Source: Tubiluchus corallicola
Taxonomy: Eukaryota; Animalia; Priapulida
DNA: 64,000 bases
Reading direction: 5' to 3'
Assembly (NCBI GenBank): GCA_030141605.1
Contig: JAQGDQ010000401.1
Span: forward strand, 1-64,000
Of the stretch, positions 1 through 12,715 are shown in pieces. A program made the position numbers and the translations under genes. How positions within the stretch are numbered: the first letter of the stretch is position 1; the number at the start of each line of letters is the position of its first letter. Below the pieces are notes generated by a model. That model made no database searches. It saw only the letters and a list, made by a program, of their open reading frames with translations, and was not told the DNA's origin.

Positions 1-130
1 CAAGGCAAGGCAAGGCAAGGCAAGGCAAGGCAAGGCAAGGCAAGGCAAGGCAAGGCAAGGCAAGGCAAGGCAAGGCAAGGCAAGGCAAGGCAAGGCAAGG
101 CAAGGCAAGGCAAGGCAAGGCAAGGCAAGG
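1..130. repeat. (CAAGG)n pentanucleotide microsatellite, truncated by the window edge
   Basis: 26 perfect CAAGG units read directly. Confidence 0.99.
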
Positions 131-620
131 TAACGGGTACGATATGATACGATACAAATAAGACGCACTTTATTCCAGGTAAAAACCTATTGTGCATCAC
201 ACACACATAAAATAAAAACTGCTACATATCAGATTAACATGCGTTTCATAGGTAATGGGTGTTTAACATGTCTTTCACCAACTGCGCAGCCAAGTTTAGA
301 ATTACGCATAAAAGTACGCATTAAAAGTTTGAGTGACTGCAGACTTCCTTGTCTAACACTGTTCGAAATTATAAGAGGCTCAAAAATAATATTACCTCGT
401 CTTACAGGTATGTGCTGTGTACCAGTAGAATAACATGCGTACTATAATAATGGGCAACTCAGTATCAAATAGCTTTAGAAACGATTTACGATGTAGTTTA
501 TTCGTTCGAAAGCTTTTGATGCATCGATTTGCATATGTGGGCACAGCTATTTTTGGCAATGTATAGGTTTATAATCTCTTTAATGATACACTTCTTGAAC
601 AGATAATTTAGTTAAAACCT
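131..620 (-). mobile_element. Decayed non-LTR retrotransposon (RTE-X/RTE-like) RT fragment plus 3' tail
   Basis: Minus strand translates, with frameshifts, to KEIINLY..NS..IDASKAFERIN..KLFDTELPIIIVRMLFYWY..VRRG..ISNSVRQG. This matches LINE RT motifs (DxSKAFD, GVRQG). An AATAAA and a (GTATC)-like tail run into the (CCTTG)n array. Confidence 0.7.
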
Positions 621-1009
621 TTGGCAACCACTCTATACCTAAGATTATTATATCGATCTAAAACAGAGCTGCATAATAGACTAACAAATGTCTGTAATAA
701 ACGAATCGAGTAAACGCCCGAAAAATACTAAATAAGAAAGTCAAAAGAGTTTTGCACTCCACTGGAACCCGAGGTCTTTCTGTGTTTACTATGTCTATCA
801 CGTATAACTATCATAGTTAACACTGTGCAAAACTGTGATGCGAGATAAGATCGTTGCAACAGTTTTCAGCGCATGTTGTACCATTGAATAGTTCATTTGC
901 ATTACATGGGTCAATTGCATTATAATAATAATCTTTATTTAAAGTCGGCTTTTTGGAAGAATAACTAACATAAGCTCCAATGAGCTTTTGGGCCTACATA
1001 GGTCAATTG

Positions 1010-1266
1010 CATTATAACAATAATATAATAATAATAATAATCTGTATTTAAAGTCGGCTTTTTTAATGAGCAATTGACGTAAGCTCCAAAAAGCTTTTGG
1101 GCCTACTGTAGTAAATAACAATCTACAGCTACATAATAGAGACTATTACTACCTCACTTACCTTAATAACCACAAGCCAGGCAAGGTATGACCCGGCCGT
1201 AGTATCGAACTCACGACATTTCAGACAGAAAACAGACGCGTTACCGCTAGACTAAGCCGTCTGGAC
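1010..1266 (-). mobile_element. tRNA-derived SINE with (ATT)n tail
   Basis: Minus-strand head GTCCAGACGGCTTAGTCTAGCGG (A box) ... GAGTTCGATAC (B box, 1202-1212). 3' end GCCGACTTTAAATACAG(ATT)n; the tail is repeated in tandem at ~909-1000. Confidence 0.65.
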
Positions 1267-2466
1267 GTTGATTACACAGGCCCATTGCATTGCATAGTCA
1301 ACTGCATTGCAACTTGATCTAAATTTTACATATATATATATCTATAGACAAATTTCAGCAGTAAGTCGGAATCTAGAATTCAGTGGCAGGTGTTACTTAG
1401 GGTTGGTTGCGGCGAGACCGGAACCTTTCGTTATCAAGGCCATGCTTCTTAGATGAGCTACTAAACCGGCAGAAGTGTCTTAGTTATGTTCGGATTGTGC
1501 ATGTATAGTTGGGAATAAATAATGGTTTGACGTTGTTTTTATGTTATGTAATATAAGATTTTGTACTTTTGTAACGTTTTGCTTTTGATATTTTCTGTGT
1601 AATGACCGTGTGTTCTTGTAAATATGTTTTCACTATATAACTTATACATTATATATATACGTTTCCTCTCGAAAGTTGGTCACATTGTACTCAGGCGTAA
1701 GATTCAGGGTTGAAAGAAGCTGCTGGGCATTACTTCTAATCTCGTAGAAGCTGTGTTACGTGAAATCAAGACGATGCATACAATTCTGCAGAAAACCATA
1801 CATTCCGAACTTCCACGGCTGTTGTAAAAAGACGAGAAGTCTGACCTTTTCACCACGCTTTGGCTAAAGGTAATCTGTCACGCGCTCTACCTGTGTGCAT
1901 CGCCAAATGAATAAATGCGTTTTCGCTAGTAAAAGCTATATAAATGCATCACGCTACAGCTATTGTTCACTTTCATCATAATGTTGTTCGGCGTTATTTT
2001 TAGCACCATCTATTCAGTTCTCTTCTCACAGTAAAATTTTTATGTTTATAACAGAAAAGACTGTGTAATAGTTTTCTTCTCGGCATCTACTAGCAAATTG
2101 GCACAGTCAGACTTGTAGAAGTAAAATGGTCAAATAAATTTGCGGAACAGTCCTAGAAAACTGAATACAAGAGAATCTGTATACATACAGTGTTTATGAT
2201 CATCTTTGAATGCTTATGAAACATGTCTCTCAACGTTTGTAAGACACCCCACAGCGCGTTATAGTGTACGTATCTGATTTTAGGTTAGCTTATTTATGTG
2301 TATTTTCGTCGGTGTGTATGCTTATGTAAATATTTAGCTTGGCTTCTATGCGTTTTCGTTGCTTTTATGCCTGGTTAGCTTAAAATCACTTGCCCTGAAA
2401 GTGTTGAATAACGTCTTTCAAAGTTAAAAGTCAAGAAACATGCAAGCTTACAATTCATATACTGTT

Positions 2467-2670
2467 AAGTGGCGTTTATGTAGCATCCGGAATGCGTTAT
2501 ACGTTGTGCACCTATGGAATAGCTGCGGAATAAAAATCAGTAGGAAATAGCTGCAGAAAAAGATAACGCAGGTCAGATAAACGGGTGCGTTGAAAACAAT
2601 ATAAACCGATTTTATCTATTCCGCATCCACATAACGCATACGCATTCCAGATGCTATGTAAACGCCACTT
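2467..2670. mobile_element. MITE (non-autonomous DNA transposon), ~40-bp imperfect TIRs
   Basis: Left end AAGTGGCGTTTATGTAGCATCCGGAATGCG; reverse complement of right end AAGTGGCGTTTACATAGCATCTGGAATGCG. A related copy lies at ~10296-10516. Confidence 0.8.
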
Positions 2671-5668
2671 TGTGAGATGGACATCCCAGGACATCCAAAG
2701 TTTGAAAACTATAGTACTGGACGGAGGATATATTTTAGTAGCACTGTCGGTGCTCTTCGATGAGCAGTGGTTTAAGGTCAGTGACCAACTAAAAGCTCTA
2801 AGAAAATATGGATGCCTTAGTATCAGATGGAGGACGATTTTAGTGTATTAGTCTTTCAATGAATGGTTTCGAGGGTCAAAAGTCTATTACAACTGAAAGC
2901 CTCTAAGGATTTGGGTAACTAAACTTTTGGTACTTGGGAACTAACTGGGATTATACTTTGGTGAAATTGTCTATGCTATTAATAATAATGATTTTGTTTA
3001 GGATTTGTCCACTAACACGGGCTAATGCAGGTAATTAGAGCTAATACTCTAAAGTGAATTATTTCCTAGGGGAATTCCCCCCTTTGTTTTTCGAATAAAT
3101 TCGTCTGCTTCGACAAAGAATCAGCGGTACCATAGTTTTAATTTCGGGTACGACTAGACTGGGACTAGACTAGACTAGACTAGACTCACACCTCGTGGAT
3201 GGGAAGGAAGCACGCCACCGCTGAGCAATAATATCATTTGGTCATATCATCTGCGGATAGAGAATGGTCTCCCTAGAGATATGAATTGGTAGTCTGTAAC
3301 CTTAGGTGTGCATGGTGCAATAAGTAACAAATAATCATTAAAACGAATTAAAAAAGTTGATTGCGCCTTAAACTGAGATGTTGTAACCTACCTTCGTTAA
3401 GTTAAACTCCTGATTAAATAATTGCTTTAGTCTTTAATCCAGTGTTATTCTATAATATACTAGACGAACCCAAGCTTTTTAAGGTTGGTGATTTGAGCCA
3501 AAACTTTCAGATAACACAAAACTGAAACTGAAGCGAGTCATGTCATAGCACTAAAATCTATATTATGTCCTACGATTCAGAATCACCTTGCTTGCTTGCT
3601 TCTATGATAAAATATTCCGACGAAAAGCCGTCTACAAGTATCTACCTGTACTCCGACATGTGAGTAAAACCACTGCATAGCAACACAATATTTATTCTAG
3701 GATCAAATTTTCAGCATATTGTTATTCGCCTTAATTTGTTTTAATAGCTATGCCTTCGAAAGTGCAAATTGCAAATTTTAAAATTGTATAGTTGTTATAC
3801 TTAACTTTATTTATTTCACATTTAGGCAGAACAACTCACGTCGGTCTCCCACGTCGCTCACTAATTTTCAAAAGATTAATCTGCCGTAACAACGATTACC
3901 AAATAGCAAAATCTTAAAAACGTGTTAATGTTGATGTAGTGCAATGAAAACCATGTATTTTTTGATAAACGTTCCACTCAAGAACATTTCCTCTGTTCTG
4001 CAGGCTAAAACAGCTCTATAAATAATTTAACATTTCATCAGCTCGAATGCAGCAAAACACCCCCCCCCCCAACGCAGACTCATGTCAGGCTTATTAGCAC
4101 TTCTGGCTCTAAGAAGCCAGAACATCAGATCAAGCTGAGTTTTTCTGGACTTGGTTGTGTGGTTTCGCTGACTGGCTTCAGCATCCGGAAGGTCACATTC
4201 GTGTTCGGTGGAACATCAATAAACACATGAATTTAACTTGCCCAACTTGAACAAACAGCTAAGTGCTTTTTAAGTAACTAATATACACTTTTTAGGCCGC
4301 GAAAGCCGTATTATCGAGATCCTAAGCGTAATCAAATTAAAGACAGCCTTCGTATCTTTCGCTCTCGCAAATTTACTAAATATTTTTCAAATTTCTGATA
4401 TACGTAAAATTTGTTTTAAAACTGCTTTATGCATTTTGAAATTGAGAATATTTATCGAAGTTACAGTTAAATTCATTCACATTTGTTGCTACTGACTGTA
4501 AAGTTTATTTTTTATTAATTTTATTGTGTAAATTGGGTCTGTATGCTTCAATGACTTTTCGTACACCTTTCTGCAAAAGCTTGTTAGCATCATATTTAAA
4601 ATGTATACTGTGTAAGTTAACTGTAAAACCTACTCAGAAATACCGAGTCAGTAGTTTTGCATTAATTGACTATTTTACACACAAGCTGAGGATCTAGCCA
4701 CCTTGCCTGCCAAATATTAAAAACAGGTTTTCCTTTTGTCATCGAAATGGACTTTTCGAATATTTTTGTCTTTATAAATACCTGCAACGTTATAGGAAAA
4801 ACCGTTTATATAACTAATATGAAATGACGTCAAAAACCTTTGTTCAATGTAACTGGTCTCTGTATGTGTAATTAACCGTATTGCAGATTAATGTGCTTAG
4901 AAATTTTCAAAATACGGAAGTTTGCCCAGGAAGTGGGTTAACAAGAATGATCAATAAGGCACGCACTATTCTGATCCAATTGCAGGTCTGCTTGTCAAAT
5001 TACACAATTCGTTTGTTCGTAATAGGATTTTGTCCCAATAAAATAGGCAGTTTCGGGAGTCATAAAAACCTTGGAGTCTGTTTCGCGTTTTTATATAGTT
5101 ACGTTGAGAAGCCCATAAACAAGCTAAAATTTCAATAAATGATTACAGGCTAAGCGCTTCTAACACTTATTTATATCAGAAGGAGACCGTTCAGACTGTG
5201 TTGTGAAGTTGGAAAAACTAAAAAAAGATACTAAAAATAAATTGCTGCAACAAATACTGCATCTGTTTACAGAGCTGTCATCACTTTCTCTTTTTAGCAA
5301 CAACAAGGCGGAGAAACAATTCGGTGTATATGGTCTGTATTTGGCTACGCTAGATAAGCTTTTCTGAACCCAATCGATAGATAGAGAAGAAGTCAAATTA
5401 GCCTCCAGTTGCTTCAACTATACTGCTTCCAGTCATTAAACATAATTAAACATAATTAAACGTAATTAAACATCCGTATCGGTTTATTTTTTATCTTAAG
5501 GATGGATTCCCGTACCTCTACAACTATCTGCAGTTGGTAAGCACTGCTATCCTGCTGCTACTGAGTTCCACTTTATAGAGCGCCAAACTGCACAAAAAAA
5601 CCAAAACCAAACTACAGTGATTTACTTATCACATTTTCTTTGCAGCCAAATGGAAACGTCAAACTTAC

Positions 5669-5978
5669 CAATTTTAGATATTCCTGCAGTCATGACAAAA
5701 GCGGTTATAATCAACGGCTCAGAAACATAGTCCCATCTAATACTTGCCACATGGATTCCTCCATGATGAGTTTCCTTATGTGGCTCAGAATCGTTATGCC
5801 CTCCCAAAGCGACCTCCCTAGTCATTCCGTGCCCTACCACTTCCTCGGTGGATACTGTGTCCCTCTCTGCGTCACCTCCGTGATCAGCCGCTTCGATAGA
5901 AGCGGCGAAGACGATCCCGGGAACCACTCCGACGGCCGCATGCAGCAGGATTATTAGCACGATTAGTTTTGATGCCAT
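5669..5978 (-). CDS. Sodium/hydrogen exchanger (SLC9A/NHE, plasma-membrane clade), first coding exon; the gene continues beyond the left edge
   Basis: Signal peptide MASKLIVLIILLHAAVGVVPGIVFA, then GIHVASIRWDYVSEPLIITAFVMTAGISKIG, the conserved NHE first-TM region preceding FHL..PES. Canonical donor G|GTAAGT at 5669/5668. Exon 2 was not found in 1-5600. Confidence 0.88.
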
Positions 5979-8900
5979 GCTAGTCTGACACTGATGGAAA
6001 CCGTGACATTAGCGATTTACTTTTAGTGACTTTTAACCGTAAAGTGAACATTAAGCAAAGAATACTCTAGCAGCAATAGTAATTTTTTGTTCGTCTTTAA
6101 TTCGCTAGCTTACAGTATCGAAGTGGGCTTTTAAAAATCTCTGTCACAGTCTTTCAGGCGACAAAAGTGTTTCTAGAGCCTGTCATTTAGCCTTTCGTAA
6201 TGGTTTTACGCTATAACTATAGGAAGCCTCTTCACGAGTCTCATTTGTAAGACTCATTGAACACTGCCCTTACTAAGAAGCGATTCTCACCACAATTACA
6301 GTAACTAATCTTGCAGATAAATCGAACTAAGTTGCACGCAGCTTCTTCTTGACCATTAGTGCAGCTCACGATCTTCTGGGTAATTAGGCTTTACGAGGCT
6401 TTAATTAAAGTTTGACATTGGATCTAGTGACGTTATGATAGGATTACCACAGACTGCACATTCAGCACCAAGCATGATGTTTAGTTTAGACTCATCTGCG
6501 TTCTAGACTGGGCATTCCTTCATTAAGACTTAGTATTTCCAGGCTGGTGAAGCCAGAACTCACGTTTTAATCAGCACAAATCGCGCTGGGCGAAATCAAC
6601 CGTGACGTCGTTATAACCGAGTTGCCTTATACAGACAAGCTTTAACATAACCCCGATATTGACATGTGGGCATTGGAAGCCAAGCTCCATGCGTTAATGT
6701 ACGCTGTTTACTTGCTTCTGTCACCAAACGTTCGTAAATGCCTATAGATGATTCGCACATGTTCCTAACAGTTTCTTGAAAGTTTATACACTAAAATCTT
6801 CAACAACAAGAAGAAAAGAAATTGCTGTTGCACAACAACTGTCATTCATTTAAGAATTTTCTTCATCGATCAGCAAGTTCATTTATTTTTATACCACAAC
6901 ACAACATTCACACTTTTCGCTACAGATGTTAAAAAGTTCTTGAAAAAAATCTTTGGTTGAAACGTCTGAAATAGAGTCTTACACATAGAAGCGATTTACT
7001 TGCGCCTTACGTCGTACCACGCCAGTGTCAGGGTCTCGCTCAATGTAAACTTGCCAATCAAGCTAAGTAAGGTGATGAAGTTCTTTTATACAAGTAGTTT
7101 GCCTAGTAAATAGTCAACGTTTGCCCAGGAAGGAAATCGGTTTCCTGTAGCACGAGTAAAGACTAGGCTCCTCAGAGGCTAAGAAACACACACACTGCAG
7201 CCCACTGCATGCACGGGTTTGTTTCTAACCATATCAGATGCTGACAAGTTATCATTTGCGCAAGGGACTGTAGGACAAGAAGCCAGACCTGAGAACGGCT
7301 TAATGAAGGGAGTTTAGATGAAGCCATCGTGCAGCGCCATCTGTGCGAGACGAAAATGAACTTAAATAATATCGATCATGTACCCGTGATTTTGCTGATT
7401 TTCTTAATGGAACATGAATTATATGCAAATTTTATCAGTAACCTTCAAATTATCAACAATTTATGATGGAATAAATACGTGAATTATTTCAGGCTCTAAA
7501 CTAATCACATAGGTAATCTAATTGATTAGTACAATAATTATTATGCAGTAAGCAAAGAAATATTTGAAAATTTTGGATTGGTTTGTGAACTATTAGTGAC
7601 GTTGACTGACGAACGATTTAAGACCGCTTTTCGTCTTTAAAGGGTATGGGGCGTATGTAGTTTAACGCGTTAGACTTGTGATCTAAAAAGCTGGGTTCGA
7701 ATTCAATTTTTCTATCACTAAGATAGTGGTACAATTTATAGTAAACAACGTTTGTCTTAAGCATCTTATAAAGAAAATCATGTTTATTGAGACCATTATT
7801 TTATTGTTCAAGAAATCAAGCAATATTGCTGACTGTTGTACCACATTATCTTTGTTTTACAGCCAATATCTAAACGTTAGTTCCTCTAGACCGAGAACCT
7901 AGATTATATAAGTAGTCGTTCACCCGAGAGTTTTTCTTGCCTCTTGCCAGAGATGTTACGAGGGTGATACCTTTTCTTATCCAATGGCTTATTAATTTAA
8001 CAATTTTAAGGTTGAATTACTGGCACCCCGCCAACCTTGTTCGTTCAACTACAAGCTACTTCTACAAGAATTGCACGTGTGCCATAATATTTATAATAAA
8101 GTTACCAAAACGGAATTGGGTATCACAAAGCTAATAATCAGGCTTACTACTGTGTGCTGGTAATATATCTTCAGCGAATCTCCTATTTACACAAGTTCAT
8201 TTGAAATCTAATTCGGGTTCCAGTGGCAGGTCAAGTACAAAGGGAACCTTCTGTTTATTTTTATAACATTGTCAACCTTATTGACAAGTCTAATTCTGTG
8301 CTTGCAGTATTAAAAAGCGTTGTAGGTCTACACCGAGGATTTGGATTGACTTTAGCTGAACGTGTGCCAATGCCTTTTATTTACTTTTATATGTTTATTT
8401 TGTTTACTTGTGTTAATGTTGTAATCGTTGTATGTTAGTTAATGTTAAATTAAATATACTCGAACATCATTTTTATGATGTAAATTCTAGCTTATGTGTT
8501 TGTAATTGCATCTGTGAAATATATAATATGACACCTATTGTCCGCAAAATTCAGTGTTTGTAAAATGTAATGTCTATCTAGATAAACACAATTAAAATAC
8601 CCGTCTTTTACAAATAAAATCGAAATTGATATCTGTGCTAATTAAACCAGATGTAATTATGTATGTAAACCTATGTATGTAAACCAGATTTGCGCAATTT
8701 AAATTATTGACTCACTCGTGTATCTGTTTCGTATCTATCAATATTTTTTATGTACTTCTGTAGCTATATTGAAATTTCTGTTAAACAAAATTGGCCTATA
8801 AAAAATGTACAATCAACATTGTAAAGGTAGTCTGTATTAGAGTTGTATGTCAGTCAGCTTTGTTTAATTTTAAATTGACGCCAAGTGCGTCTGTGTAACA

Positions 8901-9037
8901 TTATCAGTCAACCTTTTATTTACTTGTGTAACTGCACGTTTGTGATGTCTTAACATTTTCAAATTTTATTTACATGTAGAACAGCTCCCTGCAAATAGAG
9001 GGACACCTACTTGTATATATTTGTTTCTAAATAAAGA

Positions 9038-9169
<132 letters not shown>

Positions 9170-10295
9170 GTAATATTAATAATAGTGTTTTATAAGACTA
9201 TCAAACTTATTGGCAAGTGTAAATTATTTAGTCATCTGGTGATTATAATTATGGTCGTTTTAGCTTATTTACATCAAATTGTATAGGCTGTTTTGTCTAA
9301 CTTACTGCAAAGTACTCCGAGGCGTGTGGTGATTCCAAGAACCGACCTTCACCTCGAGACAACGTGTACACAGTCCTTTCTCTCACAGAAAGTAAGAGCA
9401 AATTCTTTGCATCTAAATAAGGTTAATCTAATATAACCATCACTTCAGCCTATATGTTCATTCACTGGAGTTGAGTCAGCAATGTAGGTTACTCAGCCTC
9501 TCCAAGCTGCCTGTACACTCTTTTCATCATTGTGTTGTTTCAAACACGGACACGGCAGATTTTGTTTGGGATTAACTAGAACAGCAGCTCTGTACAAGAA
9601 ACCTTCAATTCTTCACTTTCACTGCACACGGGTGTCAGACATCATTTAAACGAGCAACTTGCAGCTAAAGTGGTACCAAAGAAAAATACTGGTACAGCTT
9701 AAAGCCAGCAAGATCAGGGACACACATGCATACACCATTTTTCTGGTTTCTCAAGTGTTGATGGAAACCTGCTGATTAACTAAGATAAGACCATTTACAA
9801 TGGGAAACTAGTCTCATGCGAAATAATATAAATTCCTATTAACAAAAATTTGACAAATAATAAAAAAGTGTCACTATGAGGAAGTGAGAAACCCGACGTT
9901 ACCGTTAAAGTTCTGAATTTAGATGAAAAATAATAAAAACGAACAAAAGAGCACTAAAAACTACTAATATCTTGCATGGCTATTAAACAGAGTACAGAGC
10001 GCAGAAAAATCACAAAAGCAAAAGTACAAAATGCGCTAACAGTATGTTTGGAAAAACAATCTGCCAACTACCTGGTGTTATTATTTAGGTATATTGATAT
10101 ATTTAGTGCCTTTAGTGTTTTCTACTTAATTTTTTGCTGTGTTCTGTTCTTAATTACACATTTGTGCTGTTATTATAAAACCAAGAAAAGCAAAAAGTTA
10201 ATATGATTTTTTTTCTTCTTCTTTGCTTCCGCTTAGAAATAATACATAGTGGCGCTTATTTCATTCCTATATTGTGGGAACTTTCATTTCAATAA

Positions 10296-10516
10296 AAGAC
10301 GCGTTTATGTATCTTGCGGATGCGGATACGTTTTTTTTTTGGGGGGGGGGGGTGCGGAATAGATAAAACTCGTTTATGTTGTTTTCGATGCACCTGTTTA
10401 TGCAGCCGCCGGATGCGTTACTGTTTTTTTGCAGCTATTTTCTATTGATTTTATCCGTAGGCTGTTCCGCAGAGTAAGAAACGCATCCGTACCCGTAAGT
10501 TACATAAACGCCACTT
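10296..10516. mobile_element. Second copy of the 2467-2670 MITE family, inverted orientation
   Basis: Ends GCGTTTATGTA...TACATAAACGCCACTT. Internal GCGGAATAGATAAAA and GCAGCTATTT are reverse complements of internal segments of the first copy. Confidence 0.75.
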
Positions 10517-11013
10517 AAGCATGCTAACCATTATCAAACAAATCGCATTGAAATCGTGGTGCATTTTTGTAATTTCATTTTTCCGATGATGGCTAACGTG
10601 CTAACAGCGTAACGTCAGAATTTTTAAGAAAAATGCATTTGAAGCTTAATTTGGGCGCCTATGTTTTTGTTAAGTATTGACTGTAATACCACAGTACTCG
10701 TAATAAGGTCGATGTTAAATATTCGGTAAAAACGGTCTGGAACAGGAGCCGCAAAATGTGTTATAAATACGACAAACTAAAACACAAGGAGCTTGTTAAA
10801 AATCGTGCAATAATAAAACAAAATGAAAATAAACAAATCGGTTTTATTTTCGAAACGAAAAGAGAAAAACTTCCTGAGGCCAAAACACAATGTAGGAACT
10901 AGCTCATCGTTACAGTAGCCAATCTACTACTTGATAATAAAGTGCAATGTTCAGCTTTCGGGTATGCTAAGTGACAACATGCGCATGCGTATTTTCACCT
11001 GTTACAAGATTAA

Positions 11014-11049
<36 letters not shown>

Positions 11050-12556
11050 GCTTCTTGGTCACCAAAATTATTAAATGTTGGTTTTATTATTTTTAAGGTT
11101 AATTATTTTATTTTGTGCTGATAATTTGCTAAAAATCTTTGTTTTTAATGTATGTAAATCTTTGAATTTTATGTATTTTCTTTGTAACTATGTATTAATT
11201 GCTTTAATTCTTTGTATTCAAGTACCTACAAGACCAAACCAAAAGTCAAAGGTGTTGGGAATACCGAAACCTAAAGTACAACACTCCCTCGTGGCCATTG
11301 ATCTACTATTCAGTTGCTAAACAAAAAGGAAATCAAAAATCGCGATGATTTTAAAGTTTTTCTACGCACGAAATAGCTGTTTAAATGACTTGAGAGACAG
11401 ACGTTCATCGTTCAATAATCAACTATATCAAAACTTGAAGATTCAAAAGGCAAAACTTCTGAGTTCATATAAACACTCTCCACATTCACTAAATCATTGG
11501 TAATATATTATTTTTAGATAATGAGGGCATTTTAAAATAATTATGACTTTTAGTAACTGCAACGGTTCATGGCTTTTGAGTACTCATTGTAACCTGAAAG
11601 ATTTTAACATGAACAACATTCTGTTTAATGCTTTTGTTGTTGTGTAAAAGCAGTTTCAAGTCTGGATGGTTGATTTTGATAACAGTCCAGCAGATTCTGC
11701 AGGCAGTCATTATAAAAAAGTAGAGTGGGTCTCAGTGGCTTGCACTTATAGTCCAAAATCACCTCCAAGCGAAAGCCATATATTACCGAGTTATCACACT
11801 GAGCATCTAAAACCGAAACCGAAAGTAGACGTTTCTTATCACCCGAATCCAGTGAAGGAATTCTCGATATTTTTACAGATAATAGTAATTTATTGTTTCT
11901 CTCTGTGATTTCACGGTTCCTAACTAGGTCACCAGTTTCTGGGTAGGGGTCAGCGGCTAAAACAGCCGAAATCAGCCTCCGCTTAATCATAAAGCCCACG
12001 CTCTATGCGTTCACAGATTGCTCAGGTACAAAATTATTCAGGTATAAAAAGGAAGGCAGTAGTGTAATCCAGTTTACAAACTTATTGGTGCACACAGAAG
12101 CGAGGCCGAGTTATATTATTAATTACCAAGCGAATTATTAAATTAATATAATTATTCAGGTATGATTAATCGTAGCAACATTGCGTTAACTTGTGCGTAG
12201 ACAGCTAAGGTTCATATACATGTGAATGTGTTAAAAGTCATTTTATTTTTGTGGTCCTTGTATTTTATATCATAATTTAATGTGAGTGCGCTGAGGATCG
12301 GATTAGGGCTAAACAGGTGCATGGATTTCGATTTTTCATACGTGGCTGTGCATTTTTGCAGTTTTGTGATGTGTGAAGCAAATCCTTAATTAGTCCTATT
12401 TATTAACTGTTTACTTTACAATAAAATTTCATATACTAGTGCTTAATTCGTGCAAAACGTCCAAGATCAAAGCCAGAAAATGATTTTTTCTATTTGAGGA
12501 TCGAAGAAGCGTTTCTGTAACCGTGAGTCAGTCATCTACAGTCCTACAGTTAGTCT

Positions 12557-12715
12557 GTCAGTCAGTCACTCAGTTGTCATTCATTTGGTCAGCCAGTCTG
12601 TCAGTCAATCAGTCAGTCAGTCATTCAATCAACCAGTCAGTCAGTCAGTCAGTCAGTCAGTCAGTCAGTCAGTCAGTCAGTCAGTCAGTCAGTCAGTCAA
12701 TCTATCAGTCAGTCA
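12557..12715. repeat. (TCAG)n tetranucleotide microsatellite, partly degenerate
   Basis: Read directly; it explains the SQSV-repeat ORF 12523..12744. Confidence 0.95.

Noticed and set aside
7648-7710. tRNA-like sequence with GGTTCGAATTC (also at 1190-1266, 20655-20725, 29125-29200)
   Set aside because: B boxes are present but the acceptor and D stems do not pair. These are SINE heads or decayed copies, not tRNA genes.
11625-11999. 124-aa minus-strand ORF and overlapping 80-aa plus-strand ORF
   Set aside because: No recognisable domain or splice context. Faint similarity to a CR1 ORF2 C-terminus in other frames is too weak to call.
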